From the NCBI GenBank assembly GCA_031414955.1, contig JANOQV010000141.1, positions 1-32,620 of the forward strand: a stretch of 32,620 nt of DNA, given 5' to 3'. This DNA is from Pedosphaera sp. GTDB lineage: Bacteria > Verrucomicrobiota > Verrucomicrobiia > Limisphaerales > SIBH01. The number at the start of each line of letters is the position of its first letter. The first letter of the stretch is position 1. A program made the position numbers and the translations under genes. Shown here in pieces: positions 8,901-16,799 of the stretch. The notes under the pieces were generated by a model. That model was not told where the DNA came from and searched no databases. It was given only the letters and a program-made list of their open reading frames with translations.

Positions 8901-11900
8901 CACCGTCACGGTGCGCGATGACACCGGCCGCGAAGTCACCGCGAGCTACCATCAAGCCGTTCATGCACCGCTCACCGCCGCGCGACCGACCGCGTCCAGC
9001 AGCATCGCTTACGAATCCAAGGGCACGAACTCGCGGGTCTGGGTCGTGAACCCGGACAACGACAGCGTGAGTGTGTTCCACACCCTCAGCTACGCGAAGC
9101 TCGCCGAAGTGAACGTGGGCCGCGCCCCGCGCAGCCTCGCGCTCGCGCCGGACGGACGGGTCTGGGTGGCGAACACCGAGTCGGCCACGCTGACGATCCT
9201 GCGCACCAACTTCACCGTCGCGCAAACCATCAGCCTGCCGCGCGGCTCGCGACCCTTCGGTGTGGTCTTCGATCCCGCCGGCCTGAACGCCTACGTCGCG
9301 CTCGAAGCATCTGGGAAAATCCTGAAACTCAATCCCACCAACGGCGCGACCATCGCTTCCCTGGAGGTGGGACCGGCCGTGCGCCATCTCTCCGTGACGG
9401 CGGATGGCACGAAGATTTTCGCCACGCGCTTCATCACGCCGCGATTGCCCGGTGAAGACACGGCCAGCCCGCAGACCACGGTGAACGGAGTGAAGTATGG
9501 CGGCCAGGTGCTGACCATCGACCGCGCGACCTTTGCCCTTGCCGGCACCATCATTCTCGAACACAGCGAACGGCCCGACTCCTCGATCTTCGGTCGCGGC
9601 ATTCCCAACTACCTCGGGGCCGCCATCATTTCCCCGAACGGCCAGACCGCCTGGGTAGCTTCCAAGCAGGACAACATCCGGCGTGGCCAGTTGCGGATTA
9701 ACAGCCAGCTCTCCCATGACCAGACCGTGCGCAGCATCGCCTCGCGCATCAACCTGACCACGCTCACCGAGGAGACAACCGTGCGGCTCGACTTCGACAA
9801 CGCCGGTATCGCCAGCGCCGCCGCCTTTGATCCGCAGGGCGTGTTCCTTTTCACCGCGCTCGAAGGCAGCCGGGAAGTGGCCGTGGCCGACACGGTGGCG
9901 AATCAGGAAATCCTGCGCTTTGAATCCGGCCGCGCGCCGCAGGGTCTGGTGCTCTCGCCCGACGGCCGGAAGTTGTTCGTCCACAACTTCATGGACCGCA
10001 CGATCAGCGTTCACGACCTCACCGCGCTGGTGAATGGCACCGCGACCGCCCCGCCTGCGCCCATCGTGTTGCCCTGCGTGACGACGGAGCAACTCGCGGC
10101 CAACGTGCTGATCGGAAAACAATTTTTCTACGACTCGCGCGACACCCGCATCGCCTTGCAGCAGTACATCAGTTGCGCCGCCTGCCACAACGACGGCGGA
10201 CAGGACGGCCGCATCTGGGACTTCACCCAGTTCGGCGAGGGCTTGCGCAACACCATCACGCTGCGCGGCCACGGCGGCACGGCGCAGGGGCCGGTCCACT
10301 GGACGGGCAACTTCGACGAGATTCACGACTTCGAAGGCCAGATGCGGAATTTCGCTGGCGGCACCGGCCTGATGAGCGACTCGAACTACTTCGCCGGCAC
10401 GCGCTCCCATCCGCTCGGTGACACCAAGGCGGGCTTCAGCGCCGACCTCGACGCGCTCGCGGCCTACGTCAGTTCCCTGACCAAGAATGGCGACAGCCCG
10501 GATCGCAACGTGGACGGAACCTTCACCAGCGCGGCCCTCGCTGGACAGGCCGTGTTCCAGCAACAGAACTGCGCGCAATGCCACGCTGGTCCGCAGTTCA
10601 CCGACAGCGCGCTCAATGTCTTCCGCAATGTGGGCACGTTGAAGCCGTCGAGCGGCCAGCGCCTCGGCTCACCCTTGACCGGACTGGACACGCCGACGTT
10701 GCTCGGACTGTGGGACACCGGGCCGTATCTGCACGACGGTTCCGCCGCCACGCTCGAACAAGCCGTCAGCGCGCACACCAACGTCACCATCAATCCGGCC
10801 GACCTCACGAACCTCGTCGCCTACCTGCGCCAGCTTGATGACGGCGGCGCGTCCTCGCCGACGCTCAGCGGGATTCCCGATCAAATCACGCTCGTGAACA
10901 CGGCGACCGCGCCCATTCCTTTCGTCCTGAACGACCTCGACACGCCACTGGTCAACGTGACGGTGAGCGGCACTTCTTCCAATCTCGTGCTCGTGCCCAA
11001 CGCCAACATCGTGTTCGGCGGATCGGGGACGGACCGCACCGTGACCATTTCACCCGCGCCGCATCGAATCGGCACAGCGGTGATCACGATTACCGTGAGC
11101 GACGGGCTGTTCTCGGTGGCCACGAGCTTCGTCCTCACCGTGCAACGAAAAACCGTGGCCGTGGCTGGTGTGGCGGCCGCCAGCAAAGCGTACGACGGCA
11201 CCACGGCCACTTCGCTCGACGCGTCAAGTGCATCGCTGGTGGGAGTGGAGGCCGGCGATGAGGTGACATTGGATGCGACAGGAGCCAGCGCGGCATTCGT
11301 GAATCGAAATGTGGGCGACGAAAAATCCGTGCAGATCACCGGACTCTCCCTGGGCGGAATCCACGCGGACAGTTACACGCTCACCCAACCGGGAACCAAG
11401 GCCAACATTACGGCCAAGGGTTTGGTCGCCACGGGGATTATCGCGCAGGCAAAAATCTATGACGGCACTGTGTCCGCTTCACTCGACACCGCCAGCGCCG
11501 CGCTGATCGGAGTGGTGAGTGGAGATGAGGTGGGGTTGGTGACGGCCGGGGCGAGTGCGGCCTTTGCCGACAAGAACGCGGGCCTTGGAAAGCCCGTATC
11601 GATTACAGGAGTCGCCCTCGGTGGCTCCAATGCCGCCAACTATTCGCTGACCCAGCCAAACGCTCTCGCGACCATCGCGCCCGTGTCACTCACAGTCACG
11701 GCGGAGAACAAGAGCCGCCATTATGGAGCGGACAACCCATCGTGGACGGCAGCCTTCGTTGGTTTTGTTCCCGGCGAGTCGCTGCTCAATAGCGGCGTCA
11801 CCGGCAGCCCCGCGCTGAATTGCACCGCGACGAACACCACGCCGCCCGGCGCTCATCCGATCACGACCACGATGGGCACGTTGCAGGCGATCAATTACAG

Positions 11901-12162
11901 CTTCGCCTGCGTCGGCGGCACGCTCACCATCTCGTCCCCTGGACAGGTGCGAGTTGCCGCCATCGTGCGCCTGCCCAACCAGCACGCGCGTCTCACCGGC
12001 ACCGGCGATCCAGGCGTGGCCTACCAGATTCAGTCCTCCACCAACCTGACCCAGTGGGCCGACCTCGGCACCGTGACGGCAGGAGAAGATGGCGCGTACG
12101 AATTCGACGACGCGAACGCGGCCGCGTTGGGAACATGCTTCTATCGCGTGAGGCTGCCCTGA
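5917..12162 (+). CDS. 2081-aa secreted multidomain protein: copper radical oxidase (AA5/galactose oxidase-like + DUF1929), Ig (He_PIG), legume lectin, Ig, PKD, YVTN beta-propeller, di-heme cytochrome c, cadherin-like, 2x YDG, MBG, C-terminal tail domain
   Basis: Signal peptide; HDMFC, RWYNT, PRNYHS, ITHSVN; GLPAGLAI..GLISGTPT; GADGLAFIIQ...SLAVEMD...WVGFSGATG; YRWNFGDG; VWVVNPDNDSVSVF; CAACH, CAQCH, TGPYLHDG; KAYDG/KIYDG; KSRHYGADNP; SSTNLTQW...FYRVRLP. Confidence 0.9.
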   Translation: MKPQSSSFRRARAAVMCSLAACSVFSPAVRADEDPHVQADTFAAEAAALLPAADVISKAVPTPTQRILYGNWSSVIPWTPHIPVSAATLPDGRVLTFASNERTSFPAGPEFTYAATWNPATGQFVEYNHPSHDMFCGALVMLPDGRVLVNGGRNTTIRSSIFDYRSNAWTRTPDMNDARWYNTTVALPNGRAWTVSGSGGSGTAERFDVATGWSRQTGINWNLVTSEPGYINIWHPFLVVAPDGRLIHFGPTDTMHWVNTDNTGSMTNTGTVVPGAHYPKEGSWVMFDEGRILVAGGGSNTTANPNDTTTGISSKTAYTVDVRTGTPVVTPAASLNFARQFANATVLPNGEVIVMGGNTSGLKFNDTGSILTPEIWNPTNGQWRQAADMSVPRNYHSLALLLPDGRVLSGGGGLGGGNHQDAQLYTPPTLFNADGTLATRPVLSAAPAKVGAATRFNVSGTAGLQKFSFIKMSAITHSVNTDLRYLSLPFTETSQGNYELTAHASLNVMTPGYWMLFGLNAAGVHSVAKIVQVDAVAAVNVTPPGNQSSYVSQPASLQMIGTGPAGSVLNWSALGLPAGLAIHGTNGLISGTPTNTGTFTAQVTLRAGAASNTTAFTWTIQPATFSRNFTTFTNATGLTLNGNAALSGNVLRLAPKTKNKVGSAFLTAPILISSNTSLSTRFVFRTHGTTDGADGLAFIIQGNAATAIGGGNSGLGYSGMTKSLAVEMDNNQNTGDPNGNHLGLLTNGNVTAHLATFTPGWDLEDGQSHTIWVEYDGVSNQLRVYAAQGIVTTRPGSPVLTATIDLPTVVGGSQAWVGFSGATGSVNNNHDIESWSLTVNAFSLPAQPVLTAPGVSTSVIGSVISRQLSATDPNGDLLTWSATGLPTGLSINPASGLISGTPSLVGVFSPTVAVTDSNTPPVSANFTWTINDLLAVQPLSGTVVLAGSTVTNTAVSSGGLNPQYRWNFGDGSPDTAFSSSPTTTHAFPIPGRYAITVTVRDDTGREVTASYHQAVHAPLTAARPTASSSIAYESKGTNSRVWVVNPDNDSVSVFHTLSYAKLAEVNVGRAPRSLALAPDGRVWVANTESATLTILRTNFTVAQTISLPRGSRPFGVVFDPAGLNAYVALEASGKILKLNPTNGATIASLEVGPAVRHLSVTADGTKIFATRFITPRLPGEDTASPQTTVNGVKYGGQVLTIDRATFALAGTIILEHSERPDSSIFGRGIPNYLGAAIISPNGQTAWVASKQDNIRRGQLRINSQLSHDQTVRSIASRINLTTLTEETTVRLDFDNAGIASAAAFDPQGVFLFTALEGSREVAVADTVANQEILRFESGRAPQGLVLSPDGRKLFVHNFMDRTISVHDLTALVNGTATAPPAPIVLPCVTTEQLAANVLIGKQFFYDSRDTRIALQQYISCAACHNDGGQDGRIWDFTQFGEGLRNTITLRGHGGTAQGPVHWTGNFDEIHDFEGQMRNFAGGTGLMSDSNYFAGTRSHPLGDTKAGFSADLDALAAYVSSLTKNGDSPDRNVDGTFTSAALAGQAVFQQQNCAQCHAGPQFTDSALNVFRNVGTLKPSSGQRLGSPLTGLDTPTLLGLWDTGPYLHDGSAATLEQAVSAHTNVTINPADLTNLVAYLRQLDDGGASSPTLSGIPDQITLVNTATAPIPFVLNDLDTPLVNVTVSGTSSNLVLVPNANIVFGGSGTDRTVTISPAPHRIGTAVITITVSDGLFSVATSFVLTVQRKTVAVAGVAAASKAYDGTTATSLDASSASLVGVEAGDEVTLDATGASAAFVNRNVGDEKSVQITGLSLGGIHADSYTLTQPGTKANITAKGLVATGIIAQAKIYDGTVSASLDTASAALIGVVSGDEVGLVTAGASAAFADKNAGLGKPVSITGVALGGSNAANYSLTQPNALATIAPVSLTVTAENKSRHYGADNPSWTAAFVGFVPGESLLNSGVTGSPALNCTATNTTPPGAHPITTTMGTLQAINYSFACVGGTLTISSPGQVRVAAIVRLPNQHARLTGTGDPGVAYQIQSSTNLTQWADLGTVTAGEDGAYEFDDANAAALGTCFYRVRLP
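11150..11680 (+). repeat. Tandem intragenic duplication of two YDG-type domains (~88 aa each)
   Basis: KAYDGTTATSLDASSASLVGVEAGDEV...GASAAF...YTLTQP versus KIYDGTVSASLDTASAALIGVVSGDEV...GASAAF...YSLTQP. Confidence 0.8.
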
Positions 12163-12367
12163 TCGAATTGGAGGCAAGCAAGCGTGGTGGCCAACCGGCC
12201 GAAGCTGGGCGCGGGCTGGTTTTGTTGCAGCGCGACCAAACCCACCACCGGCCCGCCACTTTCAAGCACACCCCTGCTGGCCGGGATCTCATTCACACCC
12301 TGAACCTTTGACCCGGCGGCGAGATGGAAGTCGTCGGGGCGGTCAGGAGGCGAGTGGGTTCGAGACG

Positions 12368-12386
12368 GCGCTCGCAGCGCGAGCGC
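12368..12386. terminator. GC hairpin between convergent genes
   Basis: gcgctcgc-agc-gcgagcgc, about 20 bp past the stop of the ceramidase-like gene; no clear U-tract. Confidence 0.3.
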
Positions 12387-12405
12387 GGCCACTTTGTCAG
12401 CTCCT

Positions 12406-13953
12406 TCACTTGCCCGGGGCCGCCGCCGCCGGGGCCGACCAGGCGCGGAAGACGGCGTGGATTCTGGCCGCGGTCTCTGGTCCCACCGAATTGATCTCGC
12501 CGTAGGGCGCCTTTTTCGAGTCGTAGAGGAACGGTGGCTTCCGGTCGAACTCACTCCGCGGAATGATGTAACCGATCTCATCGTTGGCCAGGCCGAAGAT
12601 GAATTTCACGCGGCCCGGCAACAGCTCGCGCAAGGGCGGCGTCTCCAGCGGTAGTCCCGGATAGTCCGCGCCCGGCGGCGTCTCGAGACCGCCGTTGACC
12701 AGCTCGGGATAAATCTCGCCCGGGATGCAGGCGATGGACGTGTCGCCCAACTGCACGAGCGCGACCTCGGTGCGAATGGTTTTCCAGCGCACCTGTCCGC
12801 GATCGATCAGCCCGATGATGGGGGCGAGCAGAAAACCGGTGTTGTCCAAGGGCAGCTCGATGGTCCGGGCACGAATGGAGATGGGAACGCGGGCGAGGGT
12901 TGTGACGTTGGTCGCTTCGAGCCGGGGGAGGATTTTCGCCGCGAGCGCCCGGCCCACGGCGCGGGCCTTTTCGTGGGAAGGCTTCTCGAAGTCCTGTTCG
13001 AGAAATGGATCACGCACTTTAACTTTGGGCGTGGTGCTCATCAATCCGCCGACCGCGCCGTTGACGAAGAGGTGGATGCCGCCCACGCCCGCGCGCAGCA
13101 TGAGGTTCTGTTCGTAAACGCCGTTCTCCAGTGCCTCGCGCAAATAGCCGGGGAAATCGGCGGTAATCTCGGTGTTGCGCGACCAGACGGTTTCGGGGTG
13201 GTTGGCCCAACCGACAATGGAACCAAGCGTCGCGTCGTTCGTTGGGTTGGTGAAGTGCAGCACGCGCAGATCGGGGTCGAAGACAATGGGCTTGCGCGTG
13301 TCCGCGACGAGACCCTCGGGCGAGGACGGGATTTCATGCACCGCCAGGCGCGCAGGAACCAGGGCGGCGGCGGCGGCATCGAGAGCCTGCGCGGCGGCGG
13401 CAATCACCTGCCGGCGATAGTCGGCGTTCACCCCGGTGCGGGAATAATCCGGCCCCCACAAACCCATCAGGTCAGGCGTGGAATGGTTGTGCGTGGAACA
13501 CACCACGGCGTAATCAATCTTGGAACCAGGCTGAATCCGGCGGCGGACTTCGATCACGTCGTCATGAAAAAAACCGATGGCATCGAGCACCACGACGCCC
13601 AGGCGCGTGTGACCGTCGTCGATGACGCAGGCCACCGCCCAAAGGTCGTCGTGGATCTTCGTGGCCGCGCGATGCTGGTTGAACCCCGCGAGCCAGATGG
13701 GCCGGCCGGGCTGCGACAGGTCGGGATTGATCATCACACGAGCAAAGCCAGCGCGCAGCGGGGCGGTCCCGGCGGGGCGGGCGGGCGGGCTGATGTTCAG
13801 GTCCACCTGGTAACCGGGATGACGATCCCGAAAGGCCAGGCCCGTTCGCAACCCGACTGCGGCCACGAAGAGAAACAGGAACCAGGAGCCAAGACGCAAC
13901 GCCTCGCGCCACCAACGGCGGCGGGCGGAAGGAGCGGAAGGAGTGGGGTTCAT
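12406..13953 (-). CDS. Membrane-anchored neutral/alkaline ceramidase-like metallohydrolase
   Basis: N-terminal TM helix; LRAGFARVMINP, WLAGF...RAATKIHDDLWA, STHNHSTPD, WANHPE, ITADFPG, IPGEIYPE, GLANDEIGYI. Confidence 0.75.
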   Translation of the reverse strand: MNPTPSAPSARRRWWREALRLGSWFLFLFVAAVGLRTGLAFRDRHPGYQVDLNISPPARPAGTAPLRAGFARVMINPDLSQPGRPIWLAGFNQHRAATKIHDDLWAVACVIDDGHTRLGVVVLDAIGFFHDDVIEVRRRIQPGSKIDYAVVCSTHNHSTPDLMGLWGPDYSRTGVNADYRRQVIAAAAQALDAAAAALVPARLAVHEIPSSPEGLVADTRKPIVFDPDLRVLHFTNPTNDATLGSIVGWANHPETVWSRNTEITADFPGYLREALENGVYEQNLMLRAGVGGIHLFVNGAVGGLMSTTPKVKVRDPFLEQDFEKPSHEKARAVGRALAAKILPRLEATNVTTLARVPISIRARTIELPLDNTGFLLAPIIGLIDRGQVRWKTIRTEVALVQLGDTSIACIPGEIYPELVNGGLETPPGADYPGLPLETPPLRELLPGRVKFIFGLANDEIGYIIPRSEFDRKPPFLYDSKKAPYGEINSVGPETAARIHAVFRAWSAPAAAAPGK

Positions 13954-15515
13954 CGCGCGGGGACGGTGGCAAACCCGCAGCGGTTAAGCATGGCATTTAT
14001 TTCGCCGGGACTCGCGCCCAGCTTGGGCGCGGCCGCCAGCAAATCTTCCGCGAGGGCCGGATACCAGTTGCGCCGGTCAGGTTGGGCCAGGCCGGCGATG
14101 TTCACCGGTTCGATGGCGCGCTGGATTTTCGTGAGCAGCTCCAGCCGGGCGGCGCCGGTGGGTTTGCGCAGTGCCGCTTCGAGACACTCGCGACAGCGCG
14201 ACGCGAAGTGCGGGTGCTCTCCGAGCAAAAATGTGTTCCCCACCAGTTCGAGACGGCCGAGCCGGCGCGCGGTTTCCGTGAAGCTGGCGGCGGCGAAGTA
14301 AAGCAGGGTGAGCGCGTGGAACAATTCCGCGTCGGGCATCGAGGCGTAGAGCGCCGCGATGAGCCGCCCGGTCGCGACGAGTTCCACCGTGGTTTGCATG
14401 GAGTAGTTGAGCACTTCAGAGGTGAATTCCTCGCGCTCCCAACTGGACTCGAGGATGCGCGCCAGTCGTTCCACCCCGAGCAGCGTGAGCGGGAAACCGG
14501 TCGAGAGCAGCGGATCAACGAAGCCCGCCGCGGAGGGCAGCAGCGTCCAGTTCGGCCCGGCCATCTCGCCGCTCAAAAAGGCCAGTGGCTTGGCCTGGAC
14601 GAACGGTCGCGTGGCGCGGGCGTCAGCGAATTGGGCGCGCACGCTGGGAAGTTTTTCCAGCAGGCGTTGCCAGGCCGGTTCACCTTCCGCGAAACGCAAC
14701 TCATGGGCGCGTTTGTCCACCGCCGCCACGCCCGCGCTGGTCACGCCGTTGTTGAAGCGCAGCACCCAGATCCAGCCACCGTCGAAGACGTGATGCACGG
14801 CGGCGTCATCGACGGGATACGGCGGTGTTTCCTGCTCGCGATTTAATTCGTCCCACCGTTTCACACCGGTGAAGTGCGTGTAGAGCGCCTGAGTAGGCGG
14901 CAGATGCTTGAAGGGCACTGCGGGCAAATCGAGCGCGCGATGCAGGAAACCGCGCGGCCCGGTGGCATCGATGATGAAGCCGGCGTGAATCTCCAGGGGC
15001 TGGCCGTGATGGCGGCCTTGCAGCACGGGGCGCTTTTGCCCGGCGTCCACACCCCACAACTCCGTCTGGTCGAGATACTCCACGCCGAGTTGTTGTGCCT
15101 GTTCGACGAGGAAGGCATCGAAGTCCGGTCGATACCAGTGCGTGTCAGCAATGTGATCGTGAGGCGAGGCGGCGACGAGCAACTGGCGGCGGTGCGCGCG
15201 GTCGTCGCGGAAGGAACGGCCCAGTTCGTGATGGAAAAAGGTGAAGCCACGCTTGAGACCGCAGGCGATCTCCGGGTGCGACTGCTGCCACGTTCCCCAC
15301 TTGGCGAGCGGTCGAATCATGGGCAGGTCGTAACGCACAGCCAGTTCTTCGAGGATCAAGTTGGCCAGCGGCGTGGAGGATTCACCGATGACGAAGCGCG
15401 GATGCTTGGACTTCTCGATCAGCACCACCGAAAGCCCGAGCCGCCGCGCAATCATGGCGATGAGCGAACCGGCAAAGCCGGAACCAATCACCGCGATGTC
15501 GCAAGCGCGTTCCAC
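13950..15515 (-). CDS. Flavin-dependent halogenase, PrnC/CtcP-like
   Basis: GSGFAG FAD motif, HPRFVIGES, GLKRGFTFFH (candidate catalytic Lys), HWYRPDFD, HHVFDGGWIWVLRFNN (WxWxI variant), GFVDPLLSTG. GTG start; ATGA overlap with the next gene. Confidence 0.8.
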   Translation of the reverse strand: MERACDIAVIGSGFAGSLIAMIARRLGLSVVLIEKSKHPRFVIGESSTPLANLILEELAVRYDLPMIRPLAKWGTWQQSHPEIACGLKRGFTFFHHELGRSFRDDRAHRRQLLVAASPHDHIADTHWYRPDFDAFLVEQAQQLGVEYLDQTELWGVDAGQKRPVLQGRHHGQPLEIHAGFIIDATGPRGFLHRALDLPAVPFKHLPPTQALYTHFTGVKRWDELNREQETPPYPVDDAAVHHVFDGGWIWVLRFNNGVTSAGVAAVDKRAHELRFAEGEPAWQRLLEKLPSVRAQFADARATRPFVQAKPLAFLSGEMAGPNWTLLPSAAGFVDPLLSTGFPLTLLGVERLARILESSWEREEFTSEVLNYSMQTTVELVATGRLIAALYASMPDAELFHALTLLYFAAASFTETARRLGRLELVGNTFLLGEHPHFASRCRECLEAALRKPTGAARLELLTKIQRAIEPVNIAGLAQPDRRNWYPALAEDLLAAAPKLGASPGEINAMLNRCGFATVPAR

Positions 15516-15613
15516 GGGAGGATTGAATCAGGAAGGTGAGGCAAGGGAAAGACGGGGCGGGCGTCGCTGGCCATGGGGCCGCATCTCGGAAGCACCACCA
15601 TTGTTCCATCTTC

Positions 15614-15780
15614 GCGACGTAACGCCGGCTTTCCAGCCGGCAGGTTGGGAGGCTTTCCAGTCTCCCGCAGGTGTTACCCTCAAGATGCGCGCAGGCAAGG
15701 ATGGTGCGTCTTGGAAGCACAACGAAAACGAGACTGGAAAGTCTCGTTACCTGCCGGCTGGAAAGCCGGCGTTACGTCGC
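15614..15780. repeat. Composite REP/BIME-like element
   Basis: Perfect 32-bp inverted repeat gcgacgtaacgccggctttccagccggcaggt (15614-15645) / 15749-15780. Inner hairpins: gggaggctttccagtctccc (15647-15666) and aacgagactggaaagtctcgtt (15727-15748). Confidence 0.9.
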
Positions 15781-16629
15781 TGGGACCGCGCGTTGCAATC
15801 CCAGCGCCAGCAGGAACAGCACAACAAAGATCCCGGCCACCGCGCGGGGCGCGTCGGCCACCGCCAGCAGGTCCACCCAGACGATGCCGGCGAGCAAACC
15901 GGACACCGCGCGTGAGACGGCGCGCGGCTCCATCCAGACGTGGCGCAACGAGCGCACCGTCCAGAGCGCGAAGACCAGGGCGAGGAGCATGGCCGGCTGG
16001 CGGTAGCGATCGTCGTTGACCAGCAGCGTGAGCGCAATCGGCACGGCGAGGAGAAACTGCGGCCAGCGTTGAATGACCACGCCGGTCGATTCGTTCCGCG
16101 CCAGATAACTCAGACCGACGATGTACGAAGACAGCGCCAGCGCGCTCCACACCGTCAGTCCGGTAATCCCTTCGCGCGCCGCCGAGGCCGCGACCAGGTA
16201 AAGGAGGAAGCGGCACAGCGCCATGAGCAGCGGCGAGATGGTGACCAGTTTATGAACCGCGTCGTAGAGCACGATGCAGCCGCACAGCAGCACCGCCAGG
16301 ACTCCGGTGGAAAGTCCGAGCGGAATCAGCAGGGCGACACCCAGCACCAGCATCACGAGGCCAAGACGCCAGACCGCAGCCAGGCTGATGGCTCCGGAGG
16401 GGATCGGTCGCTCGCGTCGATGCTGCGAGTCGAACTCCGCGTCGAAGGCGTCGTTCAAATACATGCCGCCGACGTAGAGCAGCGTCGCGCCGGCAGCGAG
16501 CAGCGCGAAACGCGTCCAATCGCCGCCGTGGCCGAGCAGCCAGCCCGCGAGACAGTTGGACCACACGGTCGGCAGATTCGACACGCGGCCCAACACCAGA
16601 AGTGTTCTCAACCTGGAAGGCGAAGTCAT
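15772..16629 (-). CDS. UbiA-family prenyltransferase (EboC-like)
   Basis: LGRVSNLPT, YLNDAFDAEFD...RERPIPSG (first Asp-rich motif), YDAVHK, LMALCR, multiple TM helices. Confidence 0.9.
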   Translation of the reverse strand: MTSPSRLRTLLVLGRVSNLPTVWSNCLAGWLLGHGGDWTRFALLAAGATLLYVGGMYLNDAFDAEFDSQHRRERPIPSGAISLAAVWRLGLVMLVLGVALLIPLGLSTGVLAVLLCGCIVLYDAVHKLVTISPLLMALCRFLLYLVAASAAREGITGLTVWSALALSSYIVGLSYLARNESTGVVIQRWPQFLLAVPIALTLLVNDDRYRQPAMLLALVFALWTVRSLRHVWMEPRAVSRAVSGLLAGIVWVDLLAVADAPRAVAGIFVVLFLLALGLQRAVPAT

Positions 16630-16676
16630 CGGCGCGAGAGCTAAACAGGATTCTGGAAAACACCAACATCAAAGGC

Positions 16677-16782
16677 GGGACGCAGACTTTTCGGTCCGCA
16701 GAAATGATCGAAACGAAAGGTGCCGACCCGGTAAGGGCCAGCCGGCATTCCACGTTGCTGCGGGCTGGAAAGCCCGCGCTCC
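16677..16782. repeat. Degenerate REP doublet
   Basis: gggacgcagacttttcggtccgcag (16677-16701) matches the reverse complement of 16758-16782 (ggagcgcgggctttccagcccgcag) at 18/25. Same architecture as the REPs at 3309 and 15614. Confidence 0.7.
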
Positions 16783-16799
16783 AGGCGCTCCACGCCGCC

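Noticed and set aside
8389..10584. Long antisense or overlapping ORFs (also 513-1529, 2267-3547, 12973-14301, 17533-19059, 19781-21247, 24342-25712, 26028-27767, 31035-32462)
   Set aside because: Shadow frames of well-supported genes in high-GC DNA; no recognisable motifs.
8990..10850. Hydrazine synthase beta/gamma-like propeller + di-heme arrangement
   Set aside because: Only a generic architectural resemblance; no alpha subunit or anammox context.
15614..15780. CRISPR array
   Set aside because: Repeats are inverted and nested rather than direct with unique spacers; no cas genes.
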